Assembly: GCA_038245845.1 (NCBI GenBank)
Contig: JBBRRZ010000011.1
Coordinates: 36,494 to 100,493, forward strand
DNA from: Candidatus Limnocylindrales bacterium
Lineage (GTDB): Bacteria; Chloroflexota; Limnocylindria; Limnocylindrales; CSP1-4
Length of the DNA: 64,000 bases
Direction of reading: 5' to 3'
Shown piece by piece: positions 20,084-29,913 of the stretch. The position numbers and the translations under genes were made by a program. Under the pieces are notes generated by a model. That model searched no databases. It saw only the letters and a program-made list of their open reading frames with translations, and was not told the DNA's origin. How positions within the stretch are numbered: the first letter of the stretch is position 1; each line of letters starts with the position of its first letter.

Positions 20084-21084
20084 CGAACGAGCGGACGCGG
20101 GTCGATGACTTCCTCGACGACGTGCTCGCCGGGCCGGACGACCTGGCGCGGGTCCTGGACCAGCACGACCGTGCGATCGCCGCGCTGCCGCCCGAGGCCC
20201 TGGCGCGCCCGCGCTGGCGGTTCATCGGCATGGGCTCGTCCCGGTATGCCGCGCTCGACGCGGCAGCAGCGCTGCGTGGGGCCGGCCGTGACGCGGCAGC
20301 CGAGCTCGCGTCCTCGTCCGACTGGTCGCCCCCGGGTCGTGACACGCTCGCCGTCGTGACCTCGAGCTCGGGGCGCACGCCCGAGGCGGTGGCAGCGGCC
20401 GAGTATCACCGCGGCTCGTCGTATGTGGTGGCGCTGACGGCGGTGCCGGATTCGGCGCTTGCCCGGCTGGCCGATGCCGTGCTGCCGCTGGTCGCGAGCC
20501 GCCCCGAGGCCGCGGGGATCGCCACGCTGACCTATCGCTCCACGGTCGCGGCGCTCCAGCTGCTGGTCGCGACAGCCGGGCCGACGCTATCGGAGACCGG
20601 GATCGCGGCCGCAGTGCCCGCGCTCGAGGCGCTCATGGCGTCCCGCGCCGCGTGGCTGACGGACGCGGCCGCGCGCCTCGACACCGGGCGAACGGTGCAC
20701 GTTCTCGGTGACGGGGCGCATCGCGGGACGCTGGAGCAGGCCGCGCTCATGCTCCGCGAGGCACCGCGGATCGAGGCCGTCGCCTATGACACGGGTGACT
20801 GGCTTCACACCGGCCTGTACACGCTGTTCCCGGGCGACGCGGTGCTGCTGTTCGCGGGCTCGCCCGCGGACGCCGAGGCGATCGCCACGATCCACGCCCG
20901 TGCCGCGACCGTGATCGCGGTAGGCCGGATGCCGGACGATGCGGACGTCCACGTGCCGCTCCCGGATGCCGCGCTCACGGATCCCGCGATCCGTGCGCTC
21001 GTGGAGCCTGCGGTCGCCGAGCTGCTCGCCGCGGAGCTGTGGCGGCGCACCGACGCCCGGGTCCTCGCCGAGGGGGGCGCCTGA
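20080..21084 (+). CDS. SIS-domain protein (sugar phosphate isomerase/aminotransferase-isomerase-like, two SIS modules)
   Basis: RFIGMGSSRYAALDAAAALR and VVTSSSGRTPE (SIS phosphosugar-binding motifs). The start overlaps the mak stop (ATGA). Confidence 0.65.
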   Translation: MTNERTRVDDFLDDVLAGPDDLARVLDQHDRAIAALPPEALARPRWRFIGMGSSRYAALDAAAALRGAGRDAAAELASSSDWSPPGRDTLAVVTSSSGRTPEAVAAAEYHRGSSYVVALTAVPDSALARLADAVLPLVASRPEAAGIATLTYRSTVAALQLLVATAGPTLSETGIAAAVPALEALMASRAAWLTDAAARLDTGRTVHVLGDGAHRGTLEQAALMLREAPRIEAVAYDTGDWLHTGLYTLFPGDAVLLFAGSPADAEAIATIHARAATVIAVGRMPDDADVHVPLPDAALTDPAIRALVEPAVAELLAAELWRRTDARVLAEGGA

Positions 21085-21100
21085 GGCTGCGGTGCCAAGC

Positions 21101-21703
21101 GTGGCTGCGGTGCGAAGCCTGGTGCCGGGCGCGAGCCCTGTCCTCGTCGCTGCCCTGCTTGCGCTCGTATTGGCTGCCGGTTGCGGGCCGCCTTCGATCA
21201 CCTTGCCCGCGACAACGTCTGTGCCGGCCGCCCGGCAGGTGGGTCGCAGCGTCTGTCCCGGCGCCGTTCCAGGGGTCGCGACGAACCTCCGAGGAGCCGC
21301 CGCCGACGTGCTCGAACAGCTCCAGGCCACGTATGAGCAGGACCCGGGCTTTCTCGCGGTGGTGTTCGATGGCACGAAGCCGATTGTGGTCGTGGACCGG
21401 GCCGCGCTGGCCGAGTGGCAGCTCCGGCTTGTTCCGCGCGGCGTCGCGGTCGCGTCCAGCTGTATCGACACCAGGGTGCTTGCCGGGGTCCTTCTGGTCC
21501 TGCCGACGGTCCGGCCGCCCGACGGGATCGTCAGTGCGGGCTACAACGGGCTCGACGATTCGATCGACGTGCTCGGCGTGGATACGGACACGCTGGTCGC
21601 AGCCCTCGAGCAGCAGCGGGCGGGAGGCGGCAAGGCCGCTCTCGACGCCATCGCCAGGGGCACCCTTCGCATCGACCCCCGGAAGGTCTCAGGAACGCGC
21701 TGA
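21101..21703 (+). CDS. Hypothetical lipoprotein
   Basis: GTG start, then LVAALLALVLAAGCG (signal peptide plus lipobox). About 200 aa with no known domain. Confidence 0.45.
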   Translation: MAAVRSLVPGASPVLVAALLALVLAAGCGPPSITLPATTSVPAARQVGRSVCPGAVPGVATNLRGAAADVLEQLQATYEQDPGFLAVVFDGTKPIVVVDRAALAEWQLRLVPRGVAVASSCIDTRVLAGVLLVLPTVRPPDGIVSAGYNGLDDSIDVLGVDTDTLVAALEQQRAGGGKAALDAIARGTLRIDPRKVSGTR

Positions 21704-21769
21704 GCCCCCGCGCGGACGGGTACCCGGTTGGAACCCCGCGTCGCGACCCCAGCCGGCGACGACGTCCCG

Positions 21770-22855
21770 TCAGTCCTCGCCGGCCACCGTCGGCAGGTGC
21801 GCGCGCGGGTTCGCGCAGCAGCCGCGGGCGCAGACCGCGGGCCACGGTCCGAGCGGGCTCAGCGCCTTGACCGGACCGCCGGCCATGCGCTCCGCGACGA
21901 GGTCCACGATCCCCTCGACGAACGCGGGCTGCGTCCCCGGCGTCGCGACTCGGATCATCCGCACTCCGAGCTCGGCGCAGGTCTCGCGGGCCTCCGTATC
22001 GAGGTCCCAGACGACCTCGACGTGGTCGCTCACGAACCCGATCGGGACCACGATGGCGGCCGTCGTCCCCGCCTCGGCGGCTGCGCGCAGCGTGTCGTTG
22101 ATATCCGGCTCCAGCCACGGGACGTGCGGCGACCCGCTGCGGGACTGGTACACGAGCTCCCAGGCCGGAACGTCGATCCCGCGTGCGGACACCCGGGCCA
22201 GCACGGCCTCGATCGCCGCGCGGTGCTGCGCCACGTACGCGCCGTCCGCGTCAAACTGGCCGGGTGGTCCCGAGGCCGCGGCCATCGCCGTCGGGATCGA
22301 ATGGGTCGTGAACAGCAGGCGGGTCGCGTCGACCGACACGCCGTCTGCCGCAAGCGCCTCGAGCGCCGCCGCGACCCCGTCCGCGAACGGCGCGACGAAC
22401 CCGGGGTGATCGAAGTAGTGCCGAACCTTGTCAATGGCGAGCTCGTCGCCCAGCCCGGTCGCCACCAGCGCGCCGCCGAGATCCTCGCGGTACTGCCGGC
22501 AGCCGGAGTACGACGCGTAGGCGCTGGTCGTGATCGCGAGCACCCGCCGGTGGCCGTCGGCGTGGATCCGCTCCAGCTCTGGACCGAGGAATGGGTCCCA
22601 GTTGCGGTTGCCCCAGTACACGGGCACGCCGATGCCCCGGGCGGCGAGCACCGGCCGGAGGGCTTCGAGCAGGGCCCGGTTCTGCGCGTTGATCGGGCTC
22701 ACGCCGTCCAGGGCCAGGTAGTGGTGCGAGACCGCCTCGAGGCGCTCCCGCGGGATGCCCCGACCGCGGGTCACGTTCTCGAGGAACGGCATCACGTCAT
22801 CGGGACCCTCCGGGCCACCGAAGGAGACGAGGAGCAGCGCGTCGTACCCGCTCAC
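21770..22855 (-). CDS. hemH: Ferrochelatase (coproporphyrin ferrochelatase type) with a C-terminal Cys cluster, copy 1
   Basis: VSGYDALLLVSFGGPEGP..., LLFTTHSIP, QSRSGSPHVPWLEPDINDT, GFVSDHVEV, C-terminal CARGCC. The GTG start overlaps the hemQ stop (GTGA). Confidence 0.8.
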   Translation of the reverse strand: MSGYDALLLVSFGGPEGPDDVMPFLENVTRGRGIPRERLEAVSHHYLALDGVSPINAQNRALLEALRPVLAARGIGVPVYWGNRNWDPFLGPELERIHADGHRRVLAITTSAYASYSGCRQYREDLGGALVATGLGDELAIDKVRHYFDHPGFVAPFADGVAAALEALAADGVSVDATRLLFTTHSIPTAMAAASGPPGQFDADGAYVAQHRAAIEAVLARVSARGIDVPAWELVYQSRSGSPHVPWLEPDINDTLRAAAEAGTTAAIVVPIGFVSDHVEVVWDLDTEARETCAELGVRMIRVATPGTQPAFVEGIVDLVAERMAGGPVKALSPLGPWPAVCARGCCANPRAHLPTVAGED

Positions 22856-23529
22856 CGGAGGACCTCGACGATCCCCGCCGCGTCGATCCGCCTGCCCGTG
22901 TAGAACGGGATCTCCTCGCGGACGTGTCGCCGCGCGGCCGTCGACCGCAGGTCGCGCATGAGATCCACCAGGTCGTGCAGGTCGTCTGCCTCGAGCGCGA
23001 GGATCCACTCGTAGTCGTTGAGCGCGAACGCCGCGACGGTGTTCGCCTGGACCTGCGGGAACGTGCGTCCGGCCAGACCGTGCTCGCGGAGCATCTCGCG
23101 ACGCTCATCCTCGGGGAGGAGATACCACTCGTAGGAGCGGACGAACGGGTAGACGCACAACCAGCCCAGGGGCTGGGTGCCCAGCATGAACGACGGGACA
23201 TGATCGCGGCTGAACTCGGCCTGGCGGTGAGTGCCGAATACGGAGAAGGCGAGGCGGGTGACGCCGCCCGCGGTGGTCCGGCGGAAGTCCCGGAGCGCCG
23301 CCTGGAGGGACTCCGCACTGGGGCCGTGCAGCCAGAGCATGACGTCCGCGTCCGCGCGCAGGCCGGAGACGTCGTACAGGCCACGCAGGACGACGTCGTC
23401 GGCCGCGAGCCCGTCGGCCCAGCGGGCGAGCTCGGCCGCGGCGCCGGCGCCGGGCTCCGCGCCGCCGGTGCGGGCGTAGATGGCCCAGACGGTGTATCGG
23501 ACAACGGCGTTGAGATCGGGCTCGGTCAC
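22852..23529 (-). CDS. hemQ: Coproheme decarboxylase / hydrogen-peroxide-dependent heme synthase (HemQ/ChdC, chlorite-dismutase-like)
   Basis: 225 aa. YVRSYEWYLLPEDERREMLREHG and NDYEWILALEADDLHDLVDLM are typical of HemQ. Translationally coupled to the ferrochelatase. Confidence 0.85.
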   Translation of the reverse strand: MTEPDLNAVVRYTVWAIYARTGGAEPGAGAAAELARWADGLAADDVVLRGLYDVSGLRADADVMLWLHGPSAESLQAALRDFRRTTAGGVTRLAFSVFGTHRQAEFSRDHVPSFMLGTQPLGWLCVYPFVRSYEWYLLPEDERREMLREHGLAGRTFPQVQANTVAAFALNDYEWILALEADDLHDLVDLMRDLRSTAARRHVREEIPFYTGRRIDAAGIVEVLR

Positions 23530-23588
23530 GACGATCCTCGGTTGGGGGACGATGCGAACAGGCTACCGCGTCCGGCACCGAGGACGGG

Positions 23589-25571
23589 CTATGCGATCCC
23601 CAGCAGCCGGGCGAGCAGCGCGCCGACCCCGATCGCCAGGGCCAGCGAGGCGATCGAGATCCCGATCGCCGCCCGGTTGCCGAGCTCGCCCCGGAGCGCC
23701 GCCAGCGTCGCGATGCACGGGATCGACAGGCTCGACACCACCGCGTAGACGAACAGTTGGGGCGGGCTCATCAGGTCGCCGAGGCCCATCGACCGCCCGA
23801 ACTGCACCGCCGCAAAGGCGATCAGCAGCTGCAGCGCGAGCTCCTTGCGCAGGAACGCGAAGGCCATCGCCACGCCGGCGATCGCCGGCAGCCCCAGGAG
23901 CCACTGCACGGACGGGCCGATGACGTCGGCGATGCCCTGCCACATGCCGGCCTCGTAGATGAACCCGAGCACCAGCGAGCCGATGAGCATGATCGGCGTG
24001 GCCGTGACGACGAAGCCGCGGAACCGCCACCAGGCCTTGGTCCACACGTGGCGCAGGACGGGCATCCGCAGGGGCGCGAGCTCCAGCACGAGCGATGGCT
24101 GGCGGCCCGGGATCAGCGCGTTCGCGCCGAGGCCTGCACCGATCGTCGCGACTGCCACGACCCCGAAGGCGGCGATCGCCGCGCCCACGCCCGCAAACGG
24201 GGCGAGCGCCGCGATGACGACGGCGGACCGGGCGGAGCAGGGCGTCAGCGTGATCAGGAACGACGCGAGGATGCGCTCGCGCTTGGTGCGCAGGACCCGC
24301 GTCCCGTAGATCGCCGGCACGTTGCAGCCGGCGGCGGCGAGCAGCGGGATCGCCGTGCGGCCCGGCAGGCCCATGACGCCGAACACGCGATCCATCAGCA
24401 CGGCCGCGCTGGTGAGGTACCCGGAGTCCTCCAGGACCGCGAGCAGCAGGTAGAACGTCAGCACGTACGGGATGCCCACCGAGATCATCGCCAGCAGCCC
24501 CCCGTCAAGCGCCCACAGGAGCGCGGCCGCGACGACCGGGATCGGCATCACCGCCGGCAGCACGACGGCGAGGAACGGAGAGACCGTGGCAGCCCACGCG
24601 GTCCCGAGGATCGCCGCCAGGAAGCCGCCGACGTAGATCACGGCGAGGAACGCGGCGATGCTCACCCCCAGGAACAGCGGGATCCCGGGCCACGGGGCGG
24701 TGCTCCAGCGGGCGACACGGTCGGCGAGCGTCTCGGGCACGTCGTGGCGGATCTCGACCTGGTTGGCCCACGCGGCGGCCGAGGTCCAGCGCGAGGGCTC
24801 GAGCTCGCGCCCGAGGCGGAGGGTCGCCCCGCCGCGCGCGGAGACGGCACCCCGCAGGACGCCCGCCTGGAGTGGCTCGACGGCGGCCGCGGCCCCCAGC
24901 GAGCGGGGTTCCAGCGACAGGGTGGCGGCGGTCTCGCGCAAGCGCATGTCGAGCGCAAAGCCGTAGAGCGGCGCGGGCACCGACCCGCGCGGCGATGCGT
25001 CGCCTGCCCGCACGGCCCGCCGCTGGTTGCCCAGCCGGACCGCGTCCCGGAGCGCCGCGTCGACGCCGTCGCCGGTCCGCCCGCAGGTCACGTGGACGGG
25101 CGCGTTGAGCAACTGGCCCAGCCGGCCGGCGTCGACCCGGATGCCGCGCTTGGCGGCCTCGTCCGCAAGGTTGGCCGCGAGCACCACGGGCAAACCCAGG
25201 TCCCGACACGCAAGCGCGAGCGGCAGGTGGCGGGCGAGGTTGCCGGCGTCCGCCACGACGAGGATCACGTCGGGTTCGGCCTGCAGGAGGAGCTCCCAGA
25301 ACGGGGAGTCGCCCGCCGGCTCGTCGTCCAGCGACCGCGTGCCCGGCAGGTCCACGAGCCACGCGGGTTCTCCGCCGACCTCGACGCGCAGCCGCGCCAG
25401 CGAGACGGTGGTCCCGGGAGCGTTCGCCGTCTCGATGAAGCGGTGGCTCGCGCGGGCGAGGAAGGTCGACTTGCCGACGTTGGGCCGGCCGACGAGGGCG
25501 ATGATCGGCAGGTTGTCGACGGCGACGGCCAGGCCCGGGGACGCGGGGTGGCAGGCGGTCGCCGACGCCAT
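23589..25571 (-). CDS. feoB: Ferrous iron transporter FeoB (N-terminal GTPase plus membrane permease)
   Basis: G1 GRPNVGKST, G3 DLPG, then about 10 TM segments with gate motifs. 660 aa. Confidence 0.85.
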   Translation of the reverse strand: MASATACHPASPGLAVAVDNLPIIALVGRPNVGKSTFLARASHRFIETANAPGTTVSLARLRVEVGGEPAWLVDLPGTRSLDDEPAGDSPFWELLLQAEPDVILVVADAGNLARHLPLALACRDLGLPVVLAANLADEAAKRGIRVDAGRLGQLLNAPVHVTCGRTGDGVDAALRDAVRLGNQRRAVRAGDASPRGSVPAPLYGFALDMRLRETAATLSLEPRSLGAAAAVEPLQAGVLRGAVSARGGATLRLGRELEPSRWTSAAAWANQVEIRHDVPETLADRVARWSTAPWPGIPLFLGVSIAAFLAVIYVGGFLAAILGTAWAATVSPFLAVVLPAVMPIPVVAAALLWALDGGLLAMISVGIPYVLTFYLLLAVLEDSGYLTSAAVLMDRVFGVMGLPGRTAIPLLAAAGCNVPAIYGTRVLRTKRERILASFLITLTPCSARSAVVIAALAPFAGVGAAIAAFGVVAVATIGAGLGANALIPGRQPSLVLELAPLRMPVLRHVWTKAWWRFRGFVVTATPIMLIGSLVLGFIYEAGMWQGIADVIGPSVQWLLGLPAIAGVAMAFAFLRKELALQLLIAFAAVQFGRSMGLGDLMSPPQLFVYAVVSSLSIPCIATLAALRGELGNRAAIGISIASLALAIGVGALLARLLGIA

Positions 25572-25855
25572 CAGGACGGGTCGATCCGGTCCGTGACCGC
25601 GGCGGGGGCGCGCTCGGAGTAGGGCGCCGTGCCGACCTGGGCGGCGACGCTGGCCGAGAGGGCGAGCCGGGCACGCCCGAGCTCCACCACGACGGGTCCG
25701 CCGAGCGGCGTCCGGCTCGTCACCACGACAACGGTGCCCGGGAGCAGGCCCTCGCGCTCGAGCTCGGCACGTGCAGGCTCGTCGACGGCGACGACGCGCC
25801 GCCTCCAGCCCACGGGCACATGCGCGAGCGACGCGTGCTCGTCGGCGCTGATCAT
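25571..25855 (-). CDS. feoA: FeoA-like small protein
   Basis: About 94 aa directly upstream of and overlapping the feoB start. The SH3-like core GWRRRVVAVDEPARAELEREGLLPGTVVVV matches FeoA. Confidence 0.55.
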   Translation of the reverse strand: MISADEHASLAHVPVGWRRRVVAVDEPARAELEREGLLPGTVVVVTSRTPLGGPVVVELGRARLALSASVAAQVGTAPYSERAPAAVTDRIDPS

Positions 25856-26177
25856 GGGGCGCTTGGTGAGGGTCGAGGGCGGCATGTCCTTAGTAGGCCC
25901 GGCCGGCCCATCCGGACGGAAGGGAGGAACCGCCCGAGGTTCCCGGGACCGGCGGGCCGGCGGTCATGCTGCGCACACTCAGGCAGTCGTCCCGACGCCC
26001 CGTTTCCGCCAGAAATCTCCAGATTCCAGCCCGGTCACGCTGTCCGTCGCCGGGCGGGTCCCGGGCCATTTGGGTTGCACGCCGGGCCAGAATGCCCTGT
26101 CGGGGCCACCCCGATTCATGGGTAGAATGCTGGGAGCCTTGGATGGCTTTGGGAGATTTGGGAGGTTGCGGAGCGCG

Positions 26178-26876
26178 ATGACAGTTCGGACGGCCGCGAA
26201 GGACCCGGGCTGGGTGCCGCTGACCGAAGCGTGCCGGCTCCTGGGCGTCTCGCCGTCGACGATCCGCCGCTGGGGGGACGGTGGCACGATCCGGACGTTT
26301 GTCACGCCGGGCGGCCACCGCCGCTTCTCGCGGACGGGCCTCGAGGCGCTGCTGCCCGACCGGCCAACGGCACGCCCATCGCTCGGCGACCTCGGCGAGA
26401 CGCCGGGCCGGATGGCACGGGGGTACCGGCGGGCGGCCGTCGACAGCCCGTCTCACATCCCCTGGATCGACGAGCTCGATGACGCCCATCGCGAGCGCTT
26501 CCGCGGCTACGGGCGCGGCATCGTCGCGTCGCTCGTCGCGGCCCTTGACACCGACGATGCGGCCCGACGCCAGGAGCTCCTCCGTGACGCCGGCGATGCG
26601 TGCACCGAGTACGGGCGGGTGGCCGGGCTCGAGGGGCTCGCGTCGGCGACCACCGCCGACCTGTTCCTGCGCTTCCGCCGGCCGTTCCTGACCGAGCTCG
26701 GCGCGATCGCCCGCCGCCGCGAGTTCGACGCCACCGCCACGTCCACGCTCATCGCCGACGCCAACACCGCGCTCGACGGCCTGCTGCTCGCCACGCTCCG
26801 CGGCTGGGAGGCCGCCGCGCCGGGAGTTGGCCGCCGCGCCCGGCGTCCCGCCTCGTCCACCGGGAGCCCATCGTGA
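26178..26876 (+). CDS. MerR/excisionase-family HTH DNA-binding protein
   Basis: N-terminal HTH LTEACRLLGVSPSTIRRWGDGGTIRTFVTPGGHRRF. It lies immediately upstream of hemA and divergent from feoAB. Confidence 0.55.
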   Translation: MTVRTAAKDPGWVPLTEACRLLGVSPSTIRRWGDGGTIRTFVTPGGHRRFSRTGLEALLPDRPTARPSLGDLGETPGRMARGYRRAAVDSPSHIPWIDELDDAHRERFRGYGRGIVASLVAALDTDDAARRQELLRDAGDACTEYGRVAGLEGLASATTADLFLRFRRPFLTELGAIARRREFDATATSTLIADANTALDGLLLATLRGWEAAAPGVGRRARRPASSTGSPS

Positions 26877-28153
26877 CCGACATCGCCGTTCCCGCGTCCC
26901 ACCCGCGCCTGCCCGCCGCGCCCCCGGCGGATTGGGCGCCGGACCCCGGGCAGGCGCAGGGACTGGTTGCGCTCGTCGCGCATGCGCGCCATGTCCCAAG
27001 CGAGGAGCGCGAGGCGTTCGGCGACGCCGCCTCGAAGGTCGCCGCCGATCCACGCGCGATCCTCTTGCGGACCTGCCACCGGATCGAGCTGTTCGTCGTC
27101 GACGAGCCGGTCACGGGCCTCGCGCCGCTGCGTCTCCCGACCCTCCCCGCCGGCGCCCGGCGTCTCGAGGGCATGGCCGCCGCGCATCACGTGTTCACGG
27201 TCGCCTCCGGGCTGGACAGCGTCGTCGTGGGCGAGGACCAGATCCTCCACCAGCTGCGCGAGTGTCTCTCCGGCCGGCATCTGCCCGCGGCCGCGGGCTG
27301 CCCGGTCCCGGTCGGCTCGGCGAACCGTTCCGCCACGGGCCTCCACCCGGTGCTCGAGCGGCTGTTCCAGATCTCGCTCCACCTCGGCCGCGAGACGCGC
27401 TCGTGGCGTGAAGGCCCGCCGCGCTCGCTCGCGGACGTCGCACTCGACCGGATCGTCCCGGTGACGGGGCCGCTCCTCGGCCGGCGCGTGCTGGTCGTCG
27501 GGGCCGGGCGCATGGCCCGCCTCTCGGCGCTCGCCGCGTCCCGCCAGGGCGCCCGCGTCCTCGTCGCGAACCGCAGCTCGGACCGGGCGGCCGCGCTCGC
27601 CTACGACGCGAACGGCGAGCCCGCCGCGTTCGGGGTCCATGCGCCGCTGCCCGAGGTCGACGCCGTCATCCTTGCGATCGGCGCCCGCTGGCCGCTCTCG
27701 GCCGGCGCGCGCGACGCGCTCCTCGCGGGTGGCCAGCCCGTGGTGGACCTATCGTCGCCGCCGGCACTCGCCCTGGACATGCGCGAGGCGCTGGGTACGC
27801 GATACACCTCGGTCGACGACCTCGCCCGCAGCCCGCAGGACGAGCTGCGCAAGCGCCTCCGGATCCGCTTCGAGCGGGTCCTCGACGAGGCCGAGCAGAG
27901 CTTCGCCCAGTGGATCCGCGCCCGGGCCGCGGTGCCGGCGATCCAGGCCCTCACAGACCATGCCGAGGAGCGTCGTGCCGAGGAGCTCGAGCGGCTGTTC
28001 CGCCGAGCCGATCTCGCGGAGGCGGACCGCGAGCTCGTCGTCCAGATGAGCCACCGCCTCGTCGCCGGCCTCCTGCACGCGCCGCTCGTCCGGCTGCGCG
28101 ACGACAAGACGGGCGAGCTGGAGCAGGCCGCTCGCACCCTGTTCTCCCTCTGA
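26873..28153 (+). CDS. hemA: Glutamyl-tRNA reductase
   Basis: Active-site region HVFTVASGLDSVVVGEDQILHQL, NADPH-binding VLVVGAGRMA, C-terminal dimerisation helix. GTG start at 26873. Confidence 0.85.
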   Translation: MTDIAVPASHPRLPAAPPADWAPDPGQAQGLVALVAHARHVPSEEREAFGDAASKVAADPRAILLRTCHRIELFVVDEPVTGLAPLRLPTLPAGARRLEGMAAAHHVFTVASGLDSVVVGEDQILHQLRECLSGRHLPAAAGCPVPVGSANRSATGLHPVLERLFQISLHLGRETRSWREGPPRSLADVALDRIVPVTGPLLGRRVLVVGAGRMARLSALAASRQGARVLVANRSSDRAAALAYDANGEPAAFGVHAPLPEVDAVILAIGARWPLSAGARDALLAGGQPVVDLSSPPALALDMREALGTRYTSVDDLARSPQDELRKRLRIRFERVLDEAEQSFAQWIRARAAVPAIQALTDHAEERRAEELERLFRRADLAEADRELVVQMSHRLVAGLLHAPLVRLRDDKTGELEQAARTLFSL

Positions 28154-28167
28154 GCGAGCTGCGTCCC

Positions 28168-29913
28168 ATGACTCGAACCCTCCGCATCGGCACCCGCGGC
28201 AGCCAGCTCGCGCTGGTCCAGGCCCGGTGGGTCGCCGCCCGCCTGGCAGAGCACGGCGTCCCGACCCAGCTCCTGATCATCCGCACCGAGGGCGACGACC
28301 GCCCCGTCGACACCGCCTGGGGCGAGGGCGCGTTCGTGGGCCGGATCGTCGGCGCCCTGCTGAACGGCGACGTGGACCTCGCCGTCCACTCCGCGAAGGA
28401 CGTCCCGACAGACGAGCACCCGCGGCTGGTCATCGCGGCCTACCCGCCGCGCGAGGACCCGCGCGACGGCCTGGTGTGCCGCGACCGTGGCACGACCCTC
28501 GCGACGCTCCCGCACGGAGCGCGCGTCGGCACCGACAGCCCCCGACGGGTTGCGTTCCTGCGGGCCCTCCGCCCCGACCTCCATGTCCATCCGCTCCACG
28601 GCAACGTTGACACCCGTCTCGCGAAGCTCGATCGCGGCGACTCCGACGCGCTGGTGCTGGCGGTCGCCGGACTGACCCGCCTGGGGCTTGCCGACCGCAT
28701 CGACGACATCCTGCCGTCCGCGTCCGTCGCGAGCGCCCCGGGGCAGGGCTCACTCGCGCTCCAGGTGCGTAACGACGACGCCGAGGCGATCGCCGCCGTC
28801 GGGCTGCTCGATGATCCGGCCACGCGCGTGGCGGTCCAGGCCGAACGCGCGCTCCTCAACGGGACGGGTGGCGGCTGCCGGTCGCCGATCGGGGCGCTCG
28901 CGCGGGTCCTCGACGACGGCTCGCTGGAGGTTGTCGCTGCCGCCGAGCGGACGTGGTCGCCGTACGCGCAGGCCACCCTCGCCGACGCCATTGCGCTCAT
29001 CGTGTGGGTCCGCGGCATTGACCGCCCCGGCGCGAACCTCGCGCTCGCCGCGCGCCTCGCCGCACGGGTCGTCGTCCTGCGCGAGCGGCCGCGGGTCCTG
29101 CTGGGTCGAACCGATGGCCAGGCGGCCGCGGTCCTGCGCGCCCTCGCGGCGCACGAGATCGATGCCGTCAACGTGCCCTCGATCGAGATCGTCCCGGCGG
29201 GCGTCGGCTCGGACCTCGACGCGGCGATACTCGCCGCCCAGGCGGGCGACCGGGTGGTGGTCACGAGCGGCAATGCCGCGCGGGCCGTGCTCGAGAACGG
29301 TGCCCGGCTCTCGGTCGCCCTCGAGCTGCTGACCTGGGCCGCCGTCGGCGACCAGACCGCGAGCGTGCTCGCCGCGGCCGGCGTCCGGGAGGTGTTCGTC
29401 CCGAGCCTGCCGACGGCCGCCGCCCTCGCCCGGGAGCTGCCGCTGGCTCGCCGGGAGCGCATCCTGCTGCCGCGGACCGATATCGCGGACGGGACCCTGC
29501 CCGACGCGCTGCGTGAACGCGGCGCCACCGTGACCGAGGTGGTCGCCTACAGCACGCTCGAGGCGCCCGTCGCCTCCCGACCGCGGCTCGCCGCGGCGCT
29601 GGACGACGGCCCCGTGGACGCCATCATCGTGACCAGCGGGTCCACGGCCCGCGGCCTCCTCGCACTGGCCGCCGACGACGCCGCCCGCGCGCGGCTGCTC
29701 GCAGCTCCGGTCATCGCCATCGGCGAGCCGTCCGCGGCAGCAGCCCGCGAGGTCGGCTACGCCCGCGTCATCGTCGGGCCATCGATCGAGCCCGCGGCAC
29801 TCGCCACGTTCGTCGCGATCGCCCTGGGCACGCGCGCTGCGCCTGACTTCCTCGCCCACCACGCGATCCCCGACGCATCCCCCGAGCCTGCCCCAACCGG
29901 AGGAGCCCGATGA
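28168..29913 (+). CDS. hemC: Bifunctional porphobilinogen deaminase (HemC) fused to uroporphyrinogen-III synthase (HemD)
   Basis: N-terminal half LRIGTRGSQLALVQA...VHSAKDVP...GNVDTRL...GGGCRSPIGA (HemC with the cofactor Cys). C-terminal half about 250 aa with the HemD-like pattern RVLLGRTDGQAAAVLRAL...ILLPRTDIADGTLPDALRERGATVTEVVAY. Single 581-aa ORF. Confidence 0.75.
   Translation: MTRTLRIGTRGSQLALVQARWVAARLAEHGVPTQLLIIRTEGDDRPVDTAWGEGAFVGRIVGALLNGDVDLAVHSAKDVPTDEHPRLVIAAYPPREDPRDGLVCRDRGTTLATLPHGARVGTDSPRRVAFLRALRPDLHVHPLHGNVDTRLAKLDRGDSDALVLAVAGLTRLGLADRIDDILPSASVASAPGQGSLALQVRNDDAEAIAAVGLLDDPATRVAVQAERALLNGTGGGCRSPIGALARVLDDGSLEVVAAAERTWSPYAQATLADAIALIVWVRGIDRPGANLALAARLAARVVVLRERPRVLLGRTDGQAAAVLRALAAHEIDAVNVPSIEIVPAGVGSDLDAAILAAQAGDRVVVTSGNAARAVLENGARLSVALELLTWAAVGDQTASVLAAAGVREVFVPSLPTAAALARELPLARRERILLPRTDIADGTLPDALRERGATVTEVVAYSTLEAPVASRPRLAAALDDGPVDAIIVTSGSTARGLLALAADDAARARLLAAPVIAIGEPSAAAAREVGYARVIVGPSIEPAALATFVAIALGTRAAPDFLAHHAIPDASPEPAPTGGAR

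Noticed and set aside
22924-23748. 274-aa plus-strand ORF
   Set aside because: It is antisense to hemQ. HemQ has diagnostic motifs and is translationally coupled to hemH.
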